Assembly: GCA_039933435.1 (NCBI GenBank)
Contig: JBDTOB010000002.1
Span: 1-32,500 of the forward strand
Source: Acidobacteriota bacterium
Lineage (GTDB): Bacteria; Acidobacteriota; Vicinamibacteria; Vicinamibacterales; 2-12-FULL-66-21
Direction: 5' to 3'
Length of the DNA: 32,500 nucleotides
This document shows, one piece after another, positions 9,801 to 16,742 of this stretch (position 1 is its first letter; every line of letters starts with the position of its first letter). The translations under genes and the position numbers were made by a program. The notes under the pieces are model-generated. The model had not been told where the DNA came from and did not search any database. It saw only the letters and a list, made by a program, of their open reading frames with translations.

Positions 9801-10501
9801 TCGCCACCTTCCCGGTGCCCGGGGTGCTGCCCTCGGAAGTCCTGGCCGAGGCGCGCCAGGGCCTGACCGCCATGGCGGCGACGCTGCCGCCCGGCTACAG
9901 GATGGAGATCGGCGGCGAAGAGGAAGAGCAGGTCAAAGGCTTCAAGGAGCTGGCGGTGGTGATGCTGGTGTCGGTGGGAGCCATCTTCCTGGCGCTGGTC
10001 TTCCAGTTCAGGAATGCCTTCAAGCCGCTGATCGTCTTCGCGGCGATTCCGTTCGGCGTCGTCGGCGCCCTGTTCAGCCTGGTGATCATGGGCGCGCCGT
10101 TCGGCTTCATGGCGTTTCTCGGCGTCGCCAGCCTGATTGGCGTCATTGTCAGCCATGTCATCGTCCTCTTCGACTTCATCGAAGAGATGCACGCCAAGGG
10201 GGAGCCGCTTCGGGACGCGCTGCTCGACGCCGGGATCGTGCGGCTGCGGCCGGTCCTCATCACCGTCGGGGCGACGGTCTTCGGGCTGATCCCGCTGGCG
10301 CTGCACGGCGGTCCGCTGTGGGAAGGGCTGTGCTACACCCAGATTGGCGGACTGACCTTCGCCACGGTGATCACGCTGGTGCTGGTGCCGGTGCTCTACG
10401 CCGTGTTCGTGCTGGACCTCAAGATCGTCACCTGGGATGCCGCCGCGGCGCATCCGGGCGGCTCGGGCGCCGGCGCCGCGGCGCCGGTCAGCGTGTCTTG
10501 A
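6866..10501 (+). CDS. RND efflux permease (AcrB/HAE-like), 1211 aa
   Basis: 3-nt gap to the adaptor gene. Twelve-TM layout with two large periplasmic loops. TM4 proton-relay motif ALGLLVDDPVV. C-terminal half repeat ...FLGVASLIGVIVSHVIVLFDFIEE... Confidence 0.95.
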   Translation: MTHGHSSADLIRTTHNTARFFTENRHISWVLLIAVLAWGVFGYLQMPKRKDPDIPVIFAAAICAWPGASAERVEQMVTRRIEERMAENPRVQKIESISRSSVSIVLIALDERTKGSDTGKEYDDISLRLSTIRDLPAGAGPIEFVKDFGDTAALMLTVTSPKVAGVELSLRARSVRTAIEATRGRAAAGARATLIVAYPDSIDASIPRRQRDLILQYMQQRAFGTDHRPVDGAGFVGIDLIAPGDDAAVLGFLRGALENRLVPADFHPDVWDPTIIRDPAQAEARLALVAGDKYSYRELDVYTELIKRVLQSVPQVSKIFRAGLLPEQIFLEYSQERLGATGIQLTRLAEVLGGRNVVLPGGVIDVAGKTLTVDPSGEFKSEKELGNVIVGVSANNRPLYLRDGMEISRGYQTPPQYLNFYDWKDEHGAWQRSRAITLAVQMRPGEQIGQFGTHVNAALDSLRGQLPADLILARPSDQPLQVAENIDLFMNSLYEAIVLVVLVALIGFWEWRSALVMAIAIPVTLAMTFGMMDLLGIDVQQVSIASLIIALGLLVDDPVVAGDAIKRELEDGQPPIIAAWLGPTKLATAIMFATITNIVAYLPLLMVQGATGNFIYSLPIVLACSLIASRLTSMTFIPLLGYYLLRPSRHPEPSIEERRSRGFTGAYYRLGGWALEHRWVTLGIAMLVLVAGGLAVTGLKVQFFPKDLSYLSYVDVWLPEDSTIAGTSATAARAEGIIQEVAAEYGREHPRKDGAPEQVLKSVTTFVGGGGPRFWFSVSPELLQPNYAQLIINVFDKHDTEHLIAPLQRALSAGVPGARVDVRQLETGKPVGIPVSVRISGQDIGELRRLAAEAKAVFEAVPTADRVRDDWGSESFQVKLRVDSDRANFAGVSNTEVALSSVAGVNGIPVTTLREGNQQIPVVARLRVDERARLSDLKNLYVYSTSSAQRVPLGQVSTIQYAMDVEKIRRRNQFRTITVATFPVPGVLPSEVLAEARQGLTAMAATLPPGYRMEIGGEEEEQVKGFKELAVVMLVSVGAIFLALVFQFRNAFKPLIVFAAIPFGVVGALFSLVIMGAPFGFMAFLGVASLIGVIVSHVIVLFDFIEEMHAKGEPLRDALLDAGIVRLRPVLITVGATVFGLIPLALHGGPLWEGLCYTQIGGLTFATVITLVLVPVLYAVFVLDLKIVTWDAAAAHPGGSGAGAAAPVSVS

Positions 10502-11873
10502 GGTACTCGACGAGCGCGTCCTTCTCCCCCGGCGTCAGATCGACGCCGTAGAGGTGCCCGTCGCGGCCGTTGCCGGGCAGCGCGGTGTCGTAGCGAAAGC
10601 TGCCCGCCGCGGCCGGGTCCGACACGAAGCCGCCGCGCTGCTGATCGTAGACGTCGCCGCCGCGGTAGAACACCGCCGGGCGCCGCTCGACCGGCTCGAG
10701 GAGGTCCCTGAGCGTCGGCACCGAGCCGTTGTGCAGGTAGGGCGCCCGGGCCCAGACGCCGTCGAGCAGCACGTTGGCGTAGCCATTAGAGACGTGATAG
10801 CCATCGAAGCGCCAGGGATAGCCCTGGCCCTGCGCGTTGGTGATCGCCGCGACCTGCGGAGTAAACGCCTCGAGCCGGTGCCGATCGGTCCCGACCTCCG
10901 CGGCCGGCGTGACCCTGCCGGCGGCCGCCGACTGCGGGGCATGGCAGGACGCGCAGCGGCTGGCGAAGAGCGTGGCCCCTGCCGCCGCGGCCACCTGATC
11001 CACCGCGAACGGATAGGGCGGCGGCGCGAGCGACAGCAGAAACGCCTCCACCGCCTCGAGCGCGGGCAGATCCAGGGAGCCGGGCGTGGCCCCCGCCCCG
11101 AGCGCCGAGTTCAGCGAGCTCTCCCGCAGCGTGCCGGCATTCCCGTCCCAGTGGCGGACATGCCCCTTCCGCGCCGCCTGATGCCAGATCGCCGGGAGAT
11201 CGGCGGTGCCAATCGAGGTGTCGTGCGACATGTCCGGCTTGTAGGGATTGAAGTCGTCGAACCGGCCGGGGCCGAAATCAGGCCGGGCATCGAACCACGC
11301 GAACCTGGCGCGCAGCTTGACAGTCTCGCGGCGGGTCCCCGGCACCAGCACGTAGCGGTACATCAGCCGGTCCAGCCACGAGAGCGCCGACTGCGCCTGG
11401 ATGATCGGCATCACCCGGTCGGCGGTGAACGCGTCGCTGGTGACGCAGGCCATCACGAAGCGCGAGTAGCGCTGGACGTCAAGCTGCTGCGCCGGCATTC
11501 CCAGGATGATGCGGGGCGCCGCCGAGGCGCTCTCCCTGACCGTGCCGACGTGGCAGGTGGCGCAGTTGAAGGCGGCCCGCGGCACCCCGACCGTCCGCTC
11601 GGTGATCCCGATGGGACGCGGCGCACCCGGCTCCGTCACGAAGCCGAGCGAGGCGTAGCCGCCGGGCAGCAGATCCGGACAGACCGCCGGGAGCGCTTTC
11701 CAGATAGCCGTCGGCAGCGACGTCCCCTCGGCGCCGATCGAGCCGTACTTGAACAGCGTCCCGGCCTCCTGCGGGTTCGTCCGCACTTCTCTCGCGACGT
11801 ACCACCAGAGAAGGCCTCCCCCGCCGGCCGCCAGGATCAGCACAGCCGCCAGCGCCCCGATCAGTTTTCGCAT
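10488..11873 (-). CDS. membrane-anchored di-haem c-type cytochrome, CCP/MauG-like C-terminal domain (paralogue 1)
   Basis: N-terminal TM helix MRKLIGALAAVLILAAGGGGLLWWYV. Two CxxCH motifs (FNCATCHVG, SRCASCHAP). C-terminal WARAPYLHNGSVPTLRDLL ... GHLYGVDLTPGEKDALVEYLKTR resembles the distal-haem domain of bacterial di-haem peroxidases. The 3' end overlaps the convergent RND gene by 14 nt. Confidence 0.8.
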   Translation of the reverse strand: MRKLIGALAAVLILAAGGGGLLWWYVAREVRTNPQEAGTLFKYGSIGAEGTSLPTAIWKALPAVCPDLLPGGYASLGFVTEPGAPRPIGITERTVGVPRAAFNCATCHVGTVRESASAAPRIILGMPAQQLDVQRYSRFVMACVTSDAFTADRVMPIIQAQSALSWLDRLMYRYVLVPGTRRETVKLRARFAWFDARPDFGPGRFDDFNPYKPDMSHDTSIGTADLPAIWHQAARKGHVRHWDGNAGTLRESSLNSALGAGATPGSLDLPALEAVEAFLLSLAPPPYPFAVDQVAAAAGATLFASRCASCHAPQSAAAGRVTPAAEVGTDRHRLEAFTPQVAAITNAQGQGYPWRFDGYHVSNGYANVLLDGVWARAPYLHNGSVPTLRDLLEPVERRPAVFYRGGDVYDQQRGGFVSDPAAAGSFRYDTALPGNGRDGHLYGVDLTPGEKDALVEYLKTR

Positions 11874-11880
11874 CGCGAGA

Positions 11881-13320
11881 CTATCTGCCCTTCAGGAACT
11901 CGAGGAGCGCCTGCTTCTCGTCAGCAGACAGATTGACGCCATAGAGGTGTCCGCCGTTGCCGTTGCCGCGCAGCGTCGTGTCGTAGCGGAAGCCCGCCCG
12001 CTCGGCCTCTGGGCCGAGCGAGACGAATCCCATGTTCTCGGGATCGTAGACGTCGTAGCCGCGGTAGAACACCGGGGTTCGCTTCTCCGCCGGCTCGAAC
12101 AGCTCGCGCATGTTGCGGACCGAGCCGTTGTGCAGGTAGGGTGCCCGGGCCCAGATACCGTCGAGCAGCACGTTCGCGTAGCCGGAAGTCTTCTGGTAGC
12201 CCTTGAACTTCCAGGTGTAGCCGGTCCCGATGGTGTTCAGCCGATCGGCGAAGGCCTGGGTGAAGACGTCGAAGCGCAGACGATCGGTGCCGACCGATTC
12301 CACCGGCGTGGTCTTGCCGACCTGCGAGCCGGCGGCGTCGTGGCACCTGGCGCAATAGAGCTCGAAGACCGGAGCCCCCTTCGCGGCCAGCGCCTGGTCG
12401 ATCGGAAAGGGATACCGCGGCGGCGGCAGCGTCCGCAGGAACTCGGTCGTCCAGTCGATCTCGTCGTGGTCCACCGTGTCCGGGGTCGCACCCGCCGAGA
12501 TCGAGGCGGCGATGTTGCGCTCGGCGGCGGAGCGGTTGCTGCCGTCCCAGTGGAGCGCCAGGTGTTCCCGCGCCTGCTGGTTCCAGACCGAGGGATAGTC
12601 GACCGTGCCGATGGTGGTGTCGTGCGCCATGTCGAACTTGAAGTCGGCCTTGACCGGATTGAAGGCGTCGAACCGTCCCGGGCCGAAGTCGGGGCGCTGG
12701 TCCATCCAGCCGAGGCGCTCGCGCATCTTCACCATCTCGCGCCGCGTGCCGGGGACGATGACGTAGCGATAGACCGCCGCATCGAGGCGCGGCAGCGGCG
12801 CCGCCGCTTCGATCGCCGCCATCACCCGGTCGACGGTGTAGGACGGACCGGTGGTGCAGCCGACCAGGAACCGCGCATAGCGCTGCAGGTCCAACTGGTG
12901 CGAGGGGGTGCCGAGCATCACGACGCGCGGCGAGGCCGCGGTCTGGCGGATCGTGCCGGTATGGCAGGTCGCGCAGTTGATGCCGGCGCGGGGGATGCCG
13001 ACGGTCCGGAGGGTGACGCCGACGGGTCGATCGTGGCCCGGCTCGTAGGTGAACCCGAAACCGGCGTAGCCGGAGGCCGGCAGCATGTCCGGGCAGACCG
13101 CGGGCAGCGCCTTCCAGATCAGGAACGGCATCGCCGCGACTTCAGAGCCAATGGACTGGTATTTGAAACGCTCGGACGGGTCCGCGTATCGGACCGGGAC
13201 ATCGCGCTTCAGGAAATACCAGAAGCCAAACGCGCCGATCCCCGCCACCAGGAGCAGCAGCGCCAGAAGACCGACGACAACGGTTTTCACGGCGCCGCGT
13301 TCAGGGCTTGCCTCGCGCAT
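11881..13320 (-). CDS. membrane-anchored di-haem c-type cytochrome, CCP/MauG-like (paralogue 2)
   Basis: Same frame as ORF 11881-13593. I place the start at ATG 13320-13318 (MREASPERGAVKTVVVGLLALLLLVAGIGAFGFWYF). GGAGGA lies just upstream on the minus strand (complement of 13324-13329). Two CxxCH motifs (INCATCHTG, LYCARCHDA). Same C-terminal motif set as paralogue 1 (WARAPYLHNGSVRNMRELF ... GHLYGVNLSADEKQALLEFLKGR). Confidence 0.8.
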   Translation of the reverse strand: MREASPERGAVKTVVVGLLALLLLVAGIGAFGFWYFLKRDVPVRYADPSERFKYQSIGSEVAAMPFLIWKALPAVCPDMLPASGYAGFGFTYEPGHDRPVGVTLRTVGIPRAGINCATCHTGTIRQTAASPRVVMLGTPSHQLDLQRYARFLVGCTTGPSYTVDRVMAAIEAAAPLPRLDAAVYRYVIVPGTRREMVKMRERLGWMDQRPDFGPGRFDAFNPVKADFKFDMAHDTTIGTVDYPSVWNQQAREHLALHWDGSNRSAAERNIAASISAGATPDTVDHDEIDWTTEFLRTLPPPRYPFPIDQALAAKGAPVFELYCARCHDAAGSQVGKTTPVESVGTDRLRFDVFTQAFADRLNTIGTGYTWKFKGYQKTSGYANVLLDGIWARAPYLHNGSVRNMRELFEPAEKRTPVFYRGYDVYDPENMGFVSLGPEAERAGFRYDTTLRGNGNGGHLYGVNLSADEKQALLEFLKGR

Positions 13321-13449
13321 CGGTCCTCCATGCGGGTCTCTGGCGTCTGGGCTGCCGCTCACGGCACCGGCCGGGAACGGCAACGTGGTGAGAAGAGAGA
13401 ATGCGACGGATGATAGCAGCAGGGGTCGGCGGCCGGCAACAGAGGTCGA

Positions 13450-13458
13450 TGATACACT
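13450..13458 (+). promoter_or_regulatory. extended -10 promoter candidate (TGnTACACT) for the cytochrome/FeS operon
   Basis: TGATACACT lies at 13450-13458 in the 154-nt divergent intergenic region, 16 nt upstream of ATG 13475. I found no good -35 hexamer. The leader would be very short and lacks a Shine-Dalgarno sequence. Confidence 0.3.
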
Positions 13459-13474
13459 TCGCCCGTTCCTCATC

Positions 13475-14407
13475 ATGCGGGCCCTGTTCTCGAGCGCAAG
13501 GCAGGCTCTCCTCGCGGGGTGCCTGATCACGGTTGCGGCGACGGCGGCAGCCGCCGGCCAGCGGTCGCCGACCATGGGTCCGAACGCCTGCATGAACTGC
13601 CACGACCATCAGGCGGAGAAGCTGTGGGCGACCACCAAGGACGGGCCGCCGCCAAAGAGCCATCTGAACAGCCTCAAGCAGCTCGAATCGACGAAAGGCC
13701 GGTCGTGGGTCCGCAAGCTCGCCGTCGCCAGCGCCTACGCGCCGGAAGCCGGATGCGTGCGGTGCCATGCCACGGTGACGGACGGAGATGCCGCCGCCGG
13801 CGTCAGCTGTGAAAGCTGCCATGGGCCCGGCCGAGGATACGCCGTGCTGCACCAGGACAAGGGCACGTACCAGGCCTCGGTGGCGGCGGGCATGTTCGAC
13901 ACCCAGGGCAAACCTGAGGCCTGGGTGCGCCTGTGCGTCTCCTGTCACGTCGTCGATGACCGCCGCTTGATCGCCGCCGGCCATCCGTCCGGCGACACGT
14001 TCGACGTCGTCAAGCAGGTCGTCCCGGTCGTGCACTGGAAGCGCGTCGAGGATCCCTCGGCCGTCGCCGCCGCCGGCCGCGCCGCCGTGACCGCGGCGCT
14101 CGACCGCCGGCGCGAGGCGACGACCGCTGCGGCCGGATCCGCGCCCCCCGGCACCGCGCCCCCCGGGCCGCCGGCCGCCGCGCCGCCGGCCGCGTCGTCC
14201 CCGGTGGCTGCCGAGGCCGTTCTCCTGGCGACGCTCGAAGATCTGATCCGCCGGGGCGCCTACAGCCCACGCGCCACGCCGATGCCGCCAATCCTCCCCT
14301 ATACCGGCCCCGACGCGGCGCTGCTGCGTCTCCAGCAGGAGATCATCGCCCTCGGCATCGAGGCGTTGCGCACCCGCCCCACCGCGGTGCGGCCGCAGGC
14401 ACGCTGA
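13475..14407 (+). CDS. periplasmic tetrahaem c-type cytochrome with Pro/Ala-rich C-terminal tail
   Basis: Start at ATG 13475, within ORF 13085-14407. Signal peptide MRALFSSARQALLAGCLITVAATAAAAG. Four CxxCH motifs: CMNCH, CVRCH, CESCH, CVSCH. The C-terminus has AAGSAPPGTAPPGPPAAAPPAASSP followed by a helical segment. Confidence 0.8.
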   Translation: MRALFSSARQALLAGCLITVAATAAAAGQRSPTMGPNACMNCHDHQAEKLWATTKDGPPPKSHLNSLKQLESTKGRSWVRKLAVASAYAPEAGCVRCHATVTDGDAAAGVSCESCHGPGRGYAVLHQDKGTYQASVAAGMFDTQGKPEAWVRLCVSCHVVDDRRLIAAGHPSGDTFDVVKQVVPVVHWKRVEDPSAVAAAGRAAVTAALDRRREATTAAAGSAPPGTAPPGPPAAAPPAASSPVAAEAVLLATLEDLIRRGAYSPRATPMPPILPYTGPDAALLRLQQEIIALGIEALRTRPTAVRPQAR

Positions 14408-14408
14408 C

Positions 14409-15947
14409 ATGGCGGCGAACCTCCTGACGGACACGGCTCCCTCATTGGAGCGGCTGCGCGAATATCCGTTTCTCGCCAGCCTCAGCGACACCGTCCTGCG
14501 GAAGCTGCAGCCGCACGTCGCCGAACAGCGACTGGCCGCCAGGGAATTGATCCTGCGGCTCGGCGACTACAGCGATGCCGCCTACTACCTGGCCGAAGGC
14601 CAGGTGGAGGTACGGGTTCCGGACGCGGAGACGGTCCAGCGGAGAGATCGCGAGGGACATGGCCGGCCCGCCACGGCCGGCGCCCGGCCGACGGGCGTCG
14701 CCGGCGCGATCGCCCGCCTGCGGCGCTCAGCCGGAGGGGGTCAGGCCGCCGCCGGGCGCCTCCCCGCCGGCGCCGCCACGACTGCGGCGTTCGAGCGGGT
14801 CGAACTGACCGCCGGAGACATCTTCGGCGAGATGGGGGCGCTGTCCCGCTATCCGGTCACCGCCGATGTGGTCGCGATCTCCGACGTGCGGCTGCTCAAG
14901 CTGACGACGCCCGGCCTTCGGCTGATGCTCAAGCAGCGCGAGCTGGCCGCCTTCCGGCAGTCGATCGAGGACCGCTACCGGGCGCGCACCCTGGCCTCGC
15001 ACCTGCGGGCCATCGAGCTGTTCGCCGGCGTGGATGAGGCCACCATCGACCGGCTCCGGGAGCGCGCCGAGTTGCTCGCCTTCGAGCCAGGCGCCGCCAT
15101 CGTGGTGCAGGGCGCGGCGCCGGACGGGCTGTATCTCGTCCGCGGCGGCCACGTCAAGGTCTCGATCGCCACAGCCGGGACGCCAGACGGCGGAGCCGTC
15201 ACCTACCTGCGCCGCGGGGAGGTGATCGGCGAAACCGGCCTGCTCACGGGCCTCCCCTGGACCTGCTCGCTCACCGCCATCGAGCACGTCGAGATGGTCC
15301 GGCTCCCGGTCGCGGAGTTCGCGGCGCTGGTCGACGCCTCCCCAACTGTTGCCGCCCGGCTGCGTGAGCTCTCGCAGGGCAGAAGCGCACAGCTCGACGC
15401 GCTCGCCGCCAGCCCCGAGGCGACGGCCCATCTCGAGATGGCCATCGGGACCGGGTTGATCAACGGACAGAGCGTGCTCCTCATCGACCTGACGAAATGC
15501 ACGGGCTGCGACGACTGCGTCACCGCCTGCGCGGACACGCACGGCGGCACCCCGCGGCTGCTCCGGCAGGGACCGGTCTACGAGGGATGGAACATCCCGG
15601 TGGCCTGTTATCAGTGCAGCGACCCGGTGTGCATGATCGGGTGCCCGACCGGGGCCATCACCCGGCCCCTGGGCGGCATCGAAGTGACCATCGACGAGGC
15701 CACCTGCATCGGCTGCGGCAACTGCGCTCGCCGATGCCCGTGGGGGAACATCATCAATGTGCCCCGCGCAGGCGTGGCCGCCGGACCGCTGGCGCAGGTA
15801 GCCACCAAGTGCGACCTCTGTATCGGACGGGACGCCGGGCCGGCGTGCGTGCAGATGTGTCCCCACGGCGCCGCGACGCGGATTTCGTTCCAGGACTCGG
15901 CGGAGGTGGCGCGGCTGTTCACCCGTCCGCGGCAGCCGCTGGCGTGA
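14409..15947 (+). CDS. cytoplasmic fusion protein: two CAP/cNMP-binding-type domains + DmsB/NrfC-type four-[4Fe-4S] ferredoxin
   Basis: The ATG is 1 nt after the upstream stop. No signal or Tat motif. Two beta-roll sensor domains are recognisable by GDIFGEMGAL...LLKL (about 14450-14950) and GEVIGETGLL...MVRL (about 15000-15360). Four Cys clusters follow (about 15480-15890): CTGCDDCVTAC, CYQCSDPVCMIGCP, CIGCGNCARRCP, CDLCIGRDAGPACVQMCP. Confidence 0.85.
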   Translation: MAANLLTDTAPSLERLREYPFLASLSDTVLRKLQPHVAEQRLAARELILRLGDYSDAAYYLAEGQVEVRVPDAETVQRRDREGHGRPATAGARPTGVAGAIARLRRSAGGGQAAAGRLPAGAATTAAFERVELTAGDIFGEMGALSRYPVTADVVAISDVRLLKLTTPGLRLMLKQRELAAFRQSIEDRYRARTLASHLRAIELFAGVDEATIDRLRERAELLAFEPGAAIVVQGAAPDGLYLVRGGHVKVSIATAGTPDGGAVTYLRRGEVIGETGLLTGLPWTCSLTAIEHVEMVRLPVAEFAALVDASPTVAARLRELSQGRSAQLDALAASPEATAHLEMAIGTGLINGQSVLLIDLTKCTGCDDCVTACADTHGGTPRLLRQGPVYEGWNIPVACYQCSDPVCMIGCPTGAITRPLGGIEVTIDEATCIGCGNCARRCPWGNIINVPRAGVAAGPLAQVATKCDLCIGRDAGPACVQMCPHGAATRISFQDSAEVARLFTRPRQPLA

Positions 15948-16741
15948 TGGCCGTGCCGACGCCGCGTCTCGCTCTCCGACCCGGCACCGTCGCGGTGACC
16001 GCTGCGGCATTGGCGCTGGCCTGGTACTTCGTGCCCCGCCTGGCCACGCTCTCCCCCCGGTACGGCGCGGGGCTCGGCTTCGGTATTCTGTCGGCTTTCG
16101 CCTTTACGATCCCCATGACCTATCCACTCAGGCGGCTGGGGATGGCGTGGCCGATGCGGCACGCGTCGGACTGGTGGCGCGTGCACGTCATCGCCGGCAC
16201 GGTGGCGTTTCCGTGTGCGCTGCTGCATCAGGGTGTCCGGCTGCCGGCAGGGCTCCTGGGTTGGATGATGATGGCGCTTGGGCTCTGGGCCACGGCCTTC
16301 GGCCTGCTCGCCGTCGTCCTGCAGCGGCGGCTGCCGGCGCTGCAGGCCTCTGCCAGGCTGACGGCGCTCCCTCCGGCGGACGTGGGGGCGGCCATCGAGC
16401 GCCTGCGCGCCGAGGCCGAGGCGCTGGCGGCCGATGCCTCGCCGGGCCTGGCGGCGTGGTATGCGCGGCGGGGGCGACCGGCGTTCGCCCGCGAGGGATT
16501 CGCCTGGCAGCGCCTGATCCGGCGCCGCCGCCCATCCGAGGGGTTCATCGACGATGCGATACCTGCTGCCGATCGCGATCGCGCGCTCGCGATTCATCGG
16601 CTCGCCGAGAACGCGCGGCGGCTCGAAGCGTGGAGCGATCGGCAGTGGGCGCTGCGGTGCGGCGTGTTGATACATGTGCCGCCGGCGATCGTGCTGCTGG
16701 CGCTCATCGCCTTCCATCTTTTCGCCGTCTGGTATTTCTGA
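15947..16741 (+). CDS. integral membrane protein, 5 predicted TM helices, putative di-haem b cytochrome
   Basis: Start at ATG 15947, overlapping the upstream stop (TGATG), within ORF 15497-16741. Two helices carry His pairs spaced 14 residues apart: H80/H94 (codons 16184, 16226) and H243/H257 (codons 16673, 16715). An Arg-rich soluble loop of about 110 aa lies between helices 4 and 5. Confidence 0.7.
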   Translation: MAVPTPRLALRPGTVAVTAAALALAWYFVPRLATLSPRYGAGLGFGILSAFAFTIPMTYPLRRLGMAWPMRHASDWWRVHVIAGTVAFPCALLHQGVRLPAGLLGWMMMALGLWATAFGLLAVVLQRRLPALQASARLTALPPADVGAAIERLRAEAEALAADASPGLAAWYARRGRPAFAREGFAWQRLIRRRRPSEGFIDDAIPAADRDRALAIHRLAENARRLEAWSDRQWALRCGVLIHVPPAIVLLALIAFHLFAVWYF

Positions 16742-16742
16742 G

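Larger units (their letters stand above)
10488..13320 (-). repeat. tandem duplication of a ~1.4 kb cytochrome gene (two diverged copies, 7-nt spacer)
   Basis: The proteins are collinear over their whole length and are roughly 50-60% identical by eye. At the nucleotide level, 10722-10784 and 12121-12183 (63 nt) differ at only 4 positions. Confidence 0.85.

Noticed and set aside
10437-13413. Two long plus-strand ORFs (10437-11936 and 11749-13413) covering the cytochrome paralogues.
   Set aside because: They have no motifs. The minus-strand frames carry TM anchors, paired CxxCH motifs and conserved C-terminal blocks in both copies, and duplicated conservation supports the minus-strand reading.
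14100-14230. A GC-rich stretch encoding Pro/Ala repeats (APPGTAPPGPPAAAPPAASSP), which looks repeat-like at the DNA level.
   Set aside because: It is in frame within the tetrahaem cytochrome gene and is best explained as a flexible linker. It is not an independent repeat element.
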